Shown here in pieces: positions 1 through 8,793 of a stretch of 36,243 nt of DNA (positions are counted from its first letter, which is position 1; every line of letters starts with the position of its first letter). Source of the stretch: Bacteroidota bacterium (GTDB taxonomy: Bacteria; Chloroflexota; Anaerolineae; Anaerolineales; Villigracilaceae); contig JBLMZU010000542.1 in the NCBI GenBank assembly GCA_050258995.1, positions 1 to 36,243 of the forward strand. Reading direction: 5' to 3'. Under the pieces are notes generated by a model that saw nothing but the letters and a program-made list of their open reading frames with translations, was not told the DNA's origin and did no database searches. The position numbers and the translations under genes were made by a program.

Positions 1-279
1 CAGCCTGGGGAGATCGATGTTGTTGATCGGAGATGCGGTGGCAGACTTGATCTCCTTGCTCCAGAAATGATCGAGCGGTAGATCGAGATAAAAAACCAGG
101 GCCTCCAGCTCAGGCAGGGAAGGGGAATGGACTCCCTCTTCGTAGGTGCGGAACAGGCTCTTCCGGACGCCGATGGCCTCGGCACACTCCTGCACGCTCC
201 TGCGAGCCGATAGACGCGCGTCACGGATCAATACTCCCAGTTTTTTTGTGCGAATGGTGATCTGCGTTTTGGTATCCAT
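1..279 (-). CDS. XRE-family helix-turn-helix transcriptional regulator (partial, runs off the left edge)
   Basis: Manual translation from ATG at 279: MDTKTQITIRTKKLGVLIRDARLSARRSVQECAEAIGVRKSLFRTYEEGVHSPSLPELEALVFYL..., an HTH_3 pattern (LIR.AR...S..E.A..IGV.......YE.G...PS). GAGG SD upstream. Absent from the ORF track because it is truncated. Confidence 0.85.
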   Translation of the reverse strand, partial: MDTKTQITIRTKKLGVLIRDARLSARRSVQECAEAIGVRKSLFRTYEEGVHSPSLPELEALVFYLDLPLDHFWSKEIKSATASPINNIDLPRL

Positions 280-415
280 GCAACCTCTGCCGCTTGTCTC
301 AATAATCAAATTTAACCCAACAATTGGATTCGCAAGTTGCAATTCCAATTTAAAGTTAATCAGGTGCGCGGTACTCGTGAGAACCCATCACAAGCACCGC
401 AATGGCAACTCTCTG

Positions 416-424
416 ATTATAGCA
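416..424 (-). promoter_or_regulatory. Extended -10 promoter (TGnTATAAT) for the XRE gene
   Basis: Minus strand reads TGCTATAAT just downstream of the cpaF stop and about 135 nt upstream of the XRE ATG. Confidence 0.55.
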
Positions 425-437
425 GAAGCAATGGAAC

Positions 438-1754
438 CTATCTTTCCCGTCTTGGCGGTTTGGCTGGCGGTGTGAAGATATCGCCGCTGAGCTTGAAGCC
501 GGCAGCTTCCAGCCGCGGGCTGAACACCGGGCGGATGCCGGTGGCCTTCAGTTCGCCGAGGATCTTGCCTCCTTCGGCCACACCCGTCTGCTCGAATTTG
601 AAGATATCCGTCAGCACCACGGTATCGCCCTCCATACCGACCACTTCGGTGATGGCGGTGATTTTCCGGGTACCGTCCTTCAGGCGGCTCTGCTGGATGA
701 TCAGGTCCACGGCGGAGGAGATTTGCTGGCGGACCACCTTCAGAGGCAGGTCCATGCCTGCCATCAGGACCATGGTCTCCAGGCGGGAGAGGGCGTCACG
801 GGGCGTATTGGCATGCAGGGTGGTCAGCGAGCCATCGTGACCGGTATTCATGGCCTGCAGCATGTCGAGCGCCTCGCCGCCGCGGCACTCGCCGACGATG
901 ATCCGGTCTGGGCGCATGCGCAGCGAGTTGCGGACCAGGTCACGGATGGTGACGGCGCCCCTGCCATCCACGTTGGGGACCTTGGTCTCCATCCGCAGGA
1001 CGTGATCCTGCTGAAGCTGGAGCTCGGCCGCGTCTTCAATGGTGACGATCCGCTCTCCTTCCGGGATGAAACCGGAGAGGACATTCAGGAGCGTGGTCTT
1101 GCCCGAGCCTGTCCCACCGGAGATGACGATATTGAGGTGGGCCAGCACGCAGGCCCGGATGAACTCACCCATGTTCGCCGTCAGCGAGCCGAACTGGATC
1201 AACTGCTCCATCGACAGCTTGTCCCTCCGGAACTTGCGGATGGTAATGGACGGTCCATCGATCGCCACCGGAGGAATGACCGCGTTGACGCGCGAGCCGT
1301 CCGGCAGGCGTGCATCGACGGTGGGACTGTCTGCATCGACACGCCGGCCGAGGGGCAGGATGATGCGATCGATGACCCGCAGAACGTGGTTGTCGTCGTC
1401 GAAGGTGATCGGGCTGCGGGTCAGCTTGCCGCTTTTCTCGACGAATACCTTCCGGGGGCCATTTACCATGACTTCGCTGATGTCCGGGTCGTCGAGCAGC
1501 GGCTGGATGGGCCCATAACCGGTCAGCTCATCCAGAATGTCCTTAAAGACCTGCTGACGTATATCCTCCGGCAGATTGACCTTCACCTGGGCATAGACCT
1601 CGTTGAGGCGCTGCTTCATGAACTCACTGCGGTCCCCGGGCTGCAACTCCTGGCCCTCCATGGAGCGCCCGACATTCTCGATCAGATAGCGCTTGAACTT
1701 TAAGAGGTCGGCAGAGGTAAGACGGGTAAAGTTGGACGCAATCGGCGTGGACAT
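438..1754 (-). CDS. cpaF: CpaF/TadA-family (VirB11-like) pilus assembly ATPase
   Basis: Walker [10 protein letters not shown], Asp box VTIEDAAEL, Walker [16 protein letters not shown], His box [15 protein letters not shown], and the TadA motifs [21 protein letters not shown] and [13 protein letters not shown]. Confidence 0.93.
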   Translation of the reverse strand: MSTPIASNFTRLTSADLLKFKRYLIENVGRSMEGQELQPGDRSEFMKQRLNEVYAQVKVNLPEDIRQQVFKDILDELTGYGPIQPLLDDPDISEVMVNGPRKVFVEKSGKLTRSPITFDDDNHVLRVIDRIILPLGRRVDADSPTVDARLPDGSRVNAVIPPVAIDGPSITIRKFRRDKLSMEQLIQFGSLTANMGEFIRACVLAHLNIVISGGTGSGKTTLLNVLSGFIPEGERIVTIEDAAELQLQQDHVLRMETKVPNVDGRGAVTIRDLVRNSLRMRPDRIIVGECRGGEALDMLQAMNTGHDGSLTTLHANTPRDALSRLETMVLMAGMDLPLKVVRQQISSAVDLIIQQSRLKDGTRKITAITEVVGMEGDTVVLTDIFKFEQTGVAEGGKILGELKATGIRPVFSPRLEAAGFKLSGDIFTPPAKPPRRER

Positions 1755-2050
1755 CAGGATGCGTTCTCCCCGTTCTGTTTCTGTTCCGGCAGGACCCAGA
1801 TGATCTGGGCCCGGTTGATGGCCAGGAAGGGCGCCTGATACAGGACCTGTCCGTCCTCCCCCAGTATGCTAACGTCGGTGACGGCGATAAATCGGTCGTC
1901 CAGGTCAAGCTCGTCCTTGATGCGCTGGTCCCGCCGCACGTGGATGTAGCCGCGCATCAGGTGCCTGGTCGTCTGCAAGGTCGCGTACACCGGCCTTTTG
2001 GTGACGATATCTGTAAACCTCTTACCTTTATCATCATACTCGATCGTCAT
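1754..2050 (-). CDS. Small conserved beta-rich protein, DUF6812-like (98 aa)
   Basis: Preferred start MTIEYDDKGK at 2050 with AGAGGA SD; TGATG stop/start overlap with cpaF. The family assignment is from recalled similarity to Chloroflexota DUF6812 proteins. Confidence 0.65.
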   Translation of the reverse strand: MTIEYDDKGKRFTDIVTKRPVYATLQTTRHLMRGYIHVRRDQRIKDELDLDDRFIAVTDVSILGEDGQVLYQAPFLAINRAQIIWVLPEQKQNGENAS

Positions 2051-2334
2051 GATTCCTCTTATTAACTGTTGTGGGTGAATTGATTCCCGAATGGCTTTCC
2101 CGGTTTGAAACAACCTGGATCAAGAATGAAAACAGGCGAATCCCTGCTTACAGGACAAAATTATTACCAGAGTCTAGTCTAAATCGCCCTCGTTTCACCT
2201 TTCAGTTTCCTAAGTTACTCTATTGCAATAATTCTTTTGGGTTCACGGATATCCCAAAGTGCTAGCTTTACTTCCAGGAATCTCGTTTTTTTACTGTGTG
2301 AGCACCCTGTCAAATGTGGAGGTGGTTGGAACAA

Positions 2335-2365
2335 TGAAAAACGCCTCCCGGGATGGGAGACGTTT
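2335..2365 (-). terminator. Rho-independent terminator after the response regulator
   Basis: Minus strand AAACGTCTCCC-ATCCC-GGGAGGCGTTT followed by TTC; one G-U pair is compatible only with the minus-strand RNA. Confidence 0.8.
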
Positions 2366-2399
2366 GCATCAGAATAAAATCTTGTAAGCAATACTGCGG

Positions 2400-3095
2400 T
2401 CATTCCTCGATGGGTGGCATCAGGTAGCCCAGGCCGGAGCGGGTCACGATATGCCTGGGGCTGTGGGCGTCATCCTCCAGTTTCTGGCGCAGGCGGGCAA
2501 TGCTGACCCAGAGGATCTCCTTGTCGGCGCGGTATTCTGGTCCCCACACGCTTGACAGCAGTTCCTCGGACGTCATGATCTTGCCGATCCGGTGGGCAAA
2601 CTGCAGCAGCAGGCGATATTCGGTCGCCGAGAGGGAGACGGGTGTATCTCCGCGCCAGACCTCCGCCCGGGCAAAGTCGATTTTCAAATTATCGTGGGTG
2701 AAGAAGCGGTTCTGGCCCACATCCGTGGGAGGCTGGGCCCGCCGCAGGACGGCGCGGACTCGCGCCAGAAGCTCGGTCGCCGAGAACGGCTTGACCAGGT
2801 AATCGTCTGCCCCAAGGTCCAGGCCCCGGACGCGGTCCTGTTCATCCCCCTTGGCCGTCAAAATGATGATCGGCGTGCTGGAAAACTCACGGATGCGCTG
2901 GGTGGCACCGAAGCCATCAAGCTTGGGCATCATCACATCCATGAGCACCAGGTCGACGGGCTGGTCCGAAAAAACGCTTACTGCCTGCATGCCATCCTGG
3001 GCGGTAATGACTTCATAGCCTTCGGTCCGCAGGTTGGCCTCGAGCAAACGAAGATAGCGAGGCTCGTCGTCCACAATAAGTATGCGCTTTGCCAT
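2400..3095 (-). CDS. OmpR/PhoB-family DNA-binding response regulator
   Basis: REC domain (ILIVDDE, LMDVMMP, LTAK, DYLVKPF) plus winged HTH (LSATEYRLL, RLRQKLE, TRSGLGY). Likely start MAKRIL at 3095 with AAGGAG SD. Confidence 0.95.
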   Translation of the reverse strand: MAKRILIVDDEPRYLRLLEANLRTEGYEVITAQDGMQAVSVFSDQPVDLVLMDVMMPKLDGFGATQRIREFSSTPIIILTAKGDEQDRVRGLDLGADDYLVKPFSATELLARVRAVLRRAQPPTDVGQNRFFTHDNLKIDFARAEVWRGDTPVSLSATEYRLLLQFAHRIGKIMTSEELLSSVWGPEYRADKEILWVSIARLRQKLEDDAHSPRHIVTRSGLGYLMPPIEE

Positions 3096-3143
3096 GTCTT
3101 CTCCTTCACGTTTGTGCCGCAACCCCATGAGAGTTCAGGGCTG

Positions 3144-4370
3144 CTATGAATTTGGTCCTGCTTCCTTCGACTGTTGCGGCGCTAGCTTCGATGCGTTGAT
3201 CGGCAATTCAATGAAGAACGTGGTTCCCTGGCCGGGCGTGGATTCTGCCCAAATCTTACCACGATGTGCCTCGATTATTTGTTTGCAAATATAAAGTCCG
3301 AGGCCCGTTCCGGTGATGGTCTTTTCATTGCGGGCCCGATAGAAACGGTCAAAGATCAGAGGCAGGGATTCCGTATCAATGCCCGGGCCCCTGTCGGTAA
3401 AGGTAATGAGCACATTCTCCCCGTTCCGTTCGAGGCTCACGACGATGGGCGCCCCGGGCGCATACTTGATCGCATTGGTGAAGAGGTTTTCGATCACCTG
3501 GGCAAGCCGCACCCCATCCCCGTATATGGACGGCGTGCTGACCAGATGCATGCTGACATCCAGGTCCTTGTGACGGACGCGGAGCCGGGCCACCACATCG
3601 CGTATGACCGAATCCAGGCGGATCGGCTGGAAACGGAGCTGGAGAGTCCTGCTCTGCAGCCGGGCAGATTCGAGGACGTTTTCGATCAACAGCGACAGGC
3701 GGTCGGCCTCCTCGTCGATGATCATGAGAAATTCTCGCTGCGTTTCCGCATCCCAGGTGGTATCTTCGCGCAGCAGACTGGTGCTGTAGCCCTTGATGAA
3801 GCCCAGGGGAGTCCGCAGCTCATGCGAGACCGTGCTGACGAAATCCTCCTGCAGTTGCATCTGGCGTTTAAGATCGTTGAGCTCCGTATGCGTCTCCCTC
3901 CACAGGTCACGCTCGAAGATTGTCGAAAGCATGAGAGCTGCATATGTGGCCACCTTAAGATGCTCCGTTTCGTAGGGCGGCCCTCCAAAGCGGACGAAGA
4001 CCAGGGCTCCCCGTGCATCCTGGCCAATATGCATGGGCAGACCCAGAAGATAGGCCTGGCGCAGGCGGTCATCTGTTTTAATGATGGGACTGGGATCCAG
4101 GATCAGCAGGCTGTCTTTCTTGACCACCTGGCTGGCAAAGGTCTCGCCCCAGGCAGCATCTGCTTCGGCAGTCTTTGCCCTGCCGATGGCCCGTGCATAC
4201 CGGACCTCGAGACTTTTGTGCGCTTCATCCACAATGTAAACTGCTACGTTGTCGAAAACAAAGCTTTTCCGGAGCTCTGCCATGAACTGCTCGAGGGCAG
4301 TCCGCATATTTCCAGGCTGGGATGCGATGTGTGTCAGAATATACAGGGAATCCAGGGTGGAACTATCCAT
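3144..4370 (-). CDS. Cytoplasmic GAF-domain sensor histidine kinase
   Basis: H-box FVSTVSHELRTPL, N-box NLFTNAIKY, G1 DRGPGI, G2 GTGLGL. The N-terminal region is GAF-like with no TM segment. Likely start MDSSTL at 4370, 4 nt after the upstream stop. Confidence 0.9.
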   Translation of the reverse strand: MDSSTLDSLYILTHIASQPGNMRTALEQFMAELRKSFVFDNVAVYIVDEAHKSLEVRYARAIGRAKTAEADAAWGETFASQVVKKDSLLILDPSPIIKTDDRLRQAYLLGLPMHIGQDARGALVFVRFGGPPYETEHLKVATYAALMLSTIFERDLWRETHTELNDLKRQMQLQEDFVSTVSHELRTPLGFIKGYSTSLLREDTTWDAETQREFLMIIDEEADRLSLLIENVLESARLQSRTLQLRFQPIRLDSVIRDVVARLRVRHKDLDVSMHLVSTPSIYGDGVRLAQVIENLFTNAIKYAPGAPIVVSLERNGENVLITFTDRGPGIDTESLPLIFDRFYRARNEKTITGTGLGLYICKQIIEAHRGKIWAESTPGQGTTFFIELPINASKLAPQQSKEAGPNS

Positions 4371-4374
4371 AAGA

Positions 4375-5400
4375 CTATTTCGCTTCCAATAAGGCCAGCA
4401 GGGGGAATTTAAAAGTTGAGCCGTGCCCTTCCGTGGATTGTACTTCGAGCATGGAGCCGTGTGCCTCGACAATCTGCCGTACCAGGGCGAGGCCCAGGCC
4501 TGTCCCGTTGTATTGTCTCGTTGTGGAGCCGTCCAGCTGGTAGAATGGCTCATAGATATCCTGCAGCCGGTCTGAGGGGATCCCGATCCCGGTATCGATC
4601 ACAGATACGATCACCAGGTTCTCTCCTTCGCGTTTGACGCAGGCCTTCACGCAGCCTCCCGAGGGCGTGAACTTGATCCCGTTATCGATCAACTGCCCGA
4701 TGACCCAGGCGATCTTCTGCGAGTCAGCCTGCACCCCGGATACCGTTTCGTCCAACTCTGCCTGCAGGATGACACCGCGGCGTTGGGCCGCGTCTGCATG
4801 CGATTTGACGGCCAGTTTTGCCAGCCGGCAGATATCCACGGCCTCCTGTCTCAGGCTCATTTCTCCGCGCGCCCCCAGGGATGCCATGAGAAGGTCCTCG
4901 ATCAGCGTTTCAAGCCGGTTCGTGGATTGCTGGCTGATCGCAAGGGCATGGCGCTGTTCCTCGGTGACCGGTCCGAGCGATTCGCTGATGAGCAGCTCGA
5001 CGTATCCCTTGATATGGGTTAGGGGCGTGCGCAGCTCGTGCGAGATGTTGGAGATGAAATTGGCCTTAAGCTGGCTGAGCTCAGAAACGCGCTCGAGTGC
5101 CTTTTGCAGTTCGGCTGTGCGCTCCTCGACCCGTCTCTCCAGCGACCGGTTGGATGCCTGCAGGGCTGATCGCAGCTGGATGATTTGTTCGGTCACGGCC
5201 TGGTCCAGGTCATCACGGCCGATCAAATTGAGATCGATCAGCGCCTGTCCCAGGAGCACGCTGTTGCCGCGGGCTGTTTCGTCCTGTTGATGGGCGAGCG
5301 CCTTTTGAATACCCTCCTGGGAAACCAATCCCTTTTGAACCAGATATTCCCCCATGCGAGGGACGAGCATTTCAGGCGTCAGTCGTTTGGTGATCGTCAT
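4375..5400 (-). CDS. Histidine kinase with N-terminal tandem MshEN-like (putative c-di-GMP-binding) domain
   Basis: RMGEYLVQKGLVSQEGIQKALAHQ and LLGQALIDLNLIGRDDLDQAVTEQ precede a coiled coil (LERRVEERTAEL), H-box ISHELRTPL, NGIKFT, DTGIGI and GTGLGL. Confidence 0.88.
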   Translation of the reverse strand: MTITKRLTPEMLVPRMGEYLVQKGLVSQEGIQKALAHQQDETARGNSVLLGQALIDLNLIGRDDLDQAVTEQIIQLRSALQASNRSLERRVEERTAELQKALERVSELSQLKANFISNISHELRTPLTHIKGYVELLISESLGPVTEEQRHALAISQQSTNRLETLIEDLLMASLGARGEMSLRQEAVDICRLAKLAVKSHADAAQRRGVILQAELDETVSGVQADSQKIAWVIGQLIDNGIKFTPSGGCVKACVKREGENLVIVSVIDTGIGIPSDRLQDIYEPFYQLDGSTTRQYNGTGLGLALVRQIVEAHGSMLEVQSTEGHGSTFKFPLLALLEAK

Positions 5401-6998
5401 GATGTTTCAACGGGGATGCCATCGGCAGCATATACCCATTCTCCTGCGACCATTGTAGCGGAGGACTCCATTGCGAGCATTTCATCTGGATTACAGGTGA
5501 ACGGGTCCCAGTCCAGCACGATCAGGTCGGCAAGATGACCCGGGGCGAGGCGGCCCAGGCGGGTTTCAAGCCCGGCGGCGTAGGCAGGGCCGAGGGTGTA
5601 GCCCTCCCAGGCCTGGGACAGGGTCAGTCTTTGTTGCGGGTACCAGCCATCGGCGGAGGGGGAACCGTCGGGGCGTCTGCGGGTGACGGCGGCGTGGAGG
5701 CCCAAGAACGGATTCGGCGATTCGACCGGCGCGTCCGAGCCGAGAGCGAGATGGGCGCCAAAGTCCAACTGGGTCTTCATTGCATAGGCGAAGCGGGAGC
5801 GTTCGCCCCAGAACCGGTCGGCCATCAGCATATCGGAGGTGGCATGGATCGGCTGCATGGAGGCAATCACGTTGAGCCTGGCGAGGCGGGGTGCGTCATC
5901 TGGGTGGATGATCTGCACATGCTCGATGCGGTGGCGCAGATGCGGAAGATGATTCTCCTCCTCGTACCTGCGCAGCTGCTCGTAGGCATCCAGTACTTCA
6001 TGGTTAGCGCGGTCGCCGATGGCGTGGACAGTCATCGCCAGTCCCACCTGGGCGGCCTTGCGCCCATGCTCGAAGAGCTCCTCGCCATCCATGTTGAGGA
6101 TGCCGCGGTTGTCCTCCTCGCCGATGTACGGCTGGAACATGGCTGCGGTATGTGGGCCGAGGGCACCATCCATAAAGGCTTTGATGTTGCCGATGCGCAG
6201 CATGTCATCACCGAAGCCGCCGCGCAGGCCGAGTGCAAAGGCCTGGTCGAGCAGCTCCACCGGCAGGTTTTTCAGCACGCGCAGCTTGAGCCTGTTCCGG
6301 GCATGAAGCTGCTGTAATGCCATGAACGACTCGCGGCGGTCGAAATCATGGACGCCGGTCAGGCCCATTTTCCAGAGAATGGGTTGGGTTTTTTCCATGG
6401 CATTCGCGATCTCTTCAATGGTTGGGGGGGGAAGAATATCGCCCACCAGCTCCATTGCAGTTTCGAGCAGTATGCCGGTCGAATTGCCGCTGGCATCGCG
6501 CTGGATCTGTCCGTTTTGCGGGTCGGGTGTTTGCTTCGTGATCCCGGCCATTTGCAGGGCTTTGGTGTTCGCCCAGGCGGCATGCAGGGATTTGGCCGTC
6601 AGGTAGACCGGGTTGTTTGGAGCAATGGCATCCAGCTCAGATGCAGCCGGCCAGGTGCCCCATACATTCTGATTCCAGCCATGTCCCAGTATCCACCCCC
6701 CTGGTTTTGCTGCCTGCACTCGTTCCCGCACCCGGCGCAGACATGCCTCTTTCGTATCTGTTTCGCAGTCGATTTTTTGCAGACCAAGCGAGTAATACTG
6801 CAAATGCAGATGGGCATCCGTAAGACCAGGCAGGATCACGCGCCCGTTCATATTCTGTTTTTCTGCATGGGGGAATTGCGAGGCAAGTTCCTCGGAACCG
6901 CCGACCGCAAGAATCCATTCGCGGTCGATGATTATGGCAGTGGCGTTAGGTTGTGCTGGGTTCTGGGTATGGATACGGGCGTTATAAAGGATTTTCAT
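5397..6998 (-). CDS. Amidohydrolase 3 family (YtcJ-like) metal-dependent hydrolase
   Basis: PGLTDAHLH, HAIGDRA, RHRIEHVQ, SMQPIH and GSDAPV motifs; ATGA overlap with the downstream kinase. Confidence 0.92.
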   Translation of the reverse strand: MKILYNARIHTQNPAQPNATAIIIDREWILAVGGSEELASQFPHAEKQNMNGRVILPGLTDAHLHLQYYSLGLQKIDCETDTKEACLRRVRERVQAAKPGGWILGHGWNQNVWGTWPAASELDAIAPNNPVYLTAKSLHAAWANTKALQMAGITKQTPDPQNGQIQRDASGNSTGILLETAMELVGDILPPPTIEEIANAMEKTQPILWKMGLTGVHDFDRRESFMALQQLHARNRLKLRVLKNLPVELLDQAFALGLRGGFGDDMLRIGNIKAFMDGALGPHTAAMFQPYIGEEDNRGILNMDGEELFEHGRKAAQVGLAMTVHAIGDRANHEVLDAYEQLRRYEEENHLPHLRHRIEHVQIIHPDDAPRLARLNVIASMQPIHATSDMLMADRFWGERSRFAYAMKTQLDFGAHLALGSDAPVESPNPFLGLHAAVTRRRPDGSPSADGWYPQQRLTLSQAWEGYTLGPAYAAGLETRLGRLAPGHLADLIVLDWDPFTCNPDEMLAMESSATMVAGEWVYAADGIPVETS

Positions 6999-7025
6999 TT
7001 TCAATCAGGTTCATTCCGGATCATC

Positions 7026-7051
7026 GAGGCGGTGCATTGCACCGTCTGTAC
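7026..7051. repeat. Palindromic REP-like element
   Basis: GAGGCGGTGCATTGCACCGTCTGTAC: perfect 7-1-7 palindrome CGGTGCA-T-TGCACCG, extended arms and a terminal GTAC, resembling GTAG/GTAC-type REP sequences. Confidence 0.5.
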
Positions 7052-7064
7052 CAAATAAATAACT

Positions 7065-7916
7065 TCAGGTTAATTTCTCGAGCAGTGAATTCAATTCCTC
7101 ATCGGAGTAATAATAAATGGTAACCGTGCCGCCGCGCTTGCCGTGCTTCAGGGCCACCCGGGTCCCCAGGCTGGATTGCAGGCGGCGCTCGACATCATTC
7201 ACGTCGGCGCTTGGACCGGTCTTCTTTTTGGTGGCGGTCTTCTGCCCGGAATATTTTCTGGTCAGCACCTCCGTCTGGCGGACGCTTAAATCAAGGTTGA
7301 TGATCTGATTCAGCAGGGCCTCCTGGGCCTTGGCGGTGCTCAATGCCAGCAGGGCGCGCGCGTGCCCTTCACTAATGCGGCCATCCACCAGCGCCTGCTT
7401 CACCGCGGCCGACGCGTCCAGGAGGCGCAGGGTATTCGTCACGGCCACCCGGCTCTTCCCGACGCGCGAGGCGATTGTCTCATGCGACAATCGGAATTCC
7501 CTGGCCAGCTGCTGATAGGCCTCAGCTTCCTCGATCGGATTAAGATCCGCGCGTTGGACGTTTTCGATCAGCGCCAGCTCGAGAAGCTGCTGGTCAGTGG
7601 CATGGCGGATGACCACCGGAACGGTCTTCAGCCCCGCCTTGCGGGATGCCTGCAAACGTCGCTCGCCCGCAATCAGGACATAAATGCCATTCTTACCGGG
7701 GGAAACGATCAAAGGCTGGATGACGCCGTGCTCGCGAATGGACGCAGCCAGGCTCTCCAGCTCCTCGATGTCAAACTTTTCACGCGGCTGGCGCGGGTTG
7801 CGCTGGATCAGATCGACGGAGATATGCGTGATGCCGCTTCCATCCCCTGCGGGGATGCTTTGTCCCGACGGGATGAGGGCGTCGAGTCCTTTGCCGAGAC
7901 CTGTACGTTTAGGCAT
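7065..7916 (-). CDS. parB: Chromosome partitioning protein ParB/Spo0J
   Basis: GLGKGLDALI, NPRQPR, GVIQP, LIAGERRLQA (arginine patch), ENVQRADLNPIEEA, and HTH GKSRVAVTNTLRLL. Confidence 0.97.
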   Translation of the reverse strand: MPKRTGLGKGLDALIPSGQSIPAGDGSGITHISVDLIQRNPRQPREKFDIEELESLAASIREHGVIQPLIVSPGKNGIYVLIAGERRLQASRKAGLKTVPVVIRHATDQQLLELALIENVQRADLNPIEEAEAYQQLAREFRLSHETIASRVGKSRVAVTNTLRLLDASAAVKQALVDGRISEGHARALLALSTAKAQEALLNQIINLDLSVRQTEVLTRKYSGQKTATKKKTGPSADVNDVERRLQSSLGTRVALKHGKRGGTVTIYYYSDEELNSLLEKLT

Positions 7917-7972
7917 GCATGCTCCTTGTTGACGACGATGTGTGGATGCGGGGATCGCTCATGAGGTGCGCT

Positions 7973-8758
7973 TCATTCCAGACTGACGGGTACACCGTCT
8001 CCCTGCAGCAGTTCCTTTGCCAGGGCCTCATACGCCTGTGCCCCGACCGAGGACGGTGAATACGCCGAGATGGGCAGGCCATAGGACGGCGCCTCGGCGA
8101 GACGAATGCTGCGGGGAACGATACTCTTGAAGACCAGTCCGGGGAAATGGTTGTTGACTTCCTTGACTACATCGTGTGCAAGGTTCGTGCGGGGATCGTA
8201 CATCGTCAGGATCACGCCGCGCACTTTCAAAGCCGGAAAGAGCGAGGACTGCACGCGCTGGATCGTCTGGGTCAGCTGGCCCAGGCCCTCCAGGGCGAGG
8301 TATTCACACTGGACCGGTACGATCACGCCATCCTCCGCTGCAACCAGGCCGTTGACGGTGAGCAATCCCAGGGAGGGTGGGCAATCGATAAGAATATAAT
8401 CATATTTCTCATCGAGCGAGTCGAGGGCATTTCTCAGCCTGAACTCCCGGCCGGATTCCTCCACCAGCTCCACTTCGGCGCCCGCCAGCGCAGGCGAGGA
8501 GGGGAGGATGGAAAGCTGCAGCCGCTCATTGTACAGAATGAAACCGGCGGGTGCTTCCTCATTCAGGATAGCGTCGTACGTGCTGCCCTGCACGGCGCGC
8601 TTATCCACGCCCAGGCTGGAGGTGGCGTTTGCCTGTGGATCAAGGTCCACGACCAGAACGCGCTGACCCAGCCTGGCAAGATAGGCTGCGAGGTTGATGG
8701 CGGTGGTGGTCTTTCCTACACCGCCTTTTTGATTGACGAGGGTGTAAATGCGGGTCAT
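7973..8758 (-). CDS. parA: Chromosome partitioning ATPase ParA/Soj
   Basis: Deviant Walker A NQKGGVGKTT, DLDPQANAT, IDCPPSLG, PVQCEYLALEG, IPRS-like VPRSIRLAEAPSYG. Likely start MTRIY at 8758. Confidence 0.97.
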   Translation of the reverse strand: MTRIYTLVNQKGGVGKTTTAINLAAYLARLGQRVLVVDLDPQANATSSLGVDKRAVQGSTYDAILNEEAPAGFILYNERLQLSILPSSPALAGAEVELVEESGREFRLRNALDSLDEKYDYILIDCPPSLGLLTVNGLVAAEDGVIVPVQCEYLALEGLGQLTQTIQRVQSSLFPALKVRGVILTMYDPRTNLAHDVVKEVNNHFPGLVFKSIVPRSIRLAEAPSYGLPISAYSPSSVGAQAYEALAKELLQGDGVPVSLE

Positions 8759-8793
8759 TGGGTTTTCGGTTTCAGAGTTCAGATTTTCGGATC

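Noticed and set aside
2051-2335. Possible c-di-GMP riboswitch or promoter upstream of the DUF6812-cpaF unit (TTGACA at about 2308-2313; small hairpin at 2236-2258)
   Set aside because: No GEMM signature (GGCAAAC...GACGCAAAG) is visible, and the TTGACA has no properly spaced -10.
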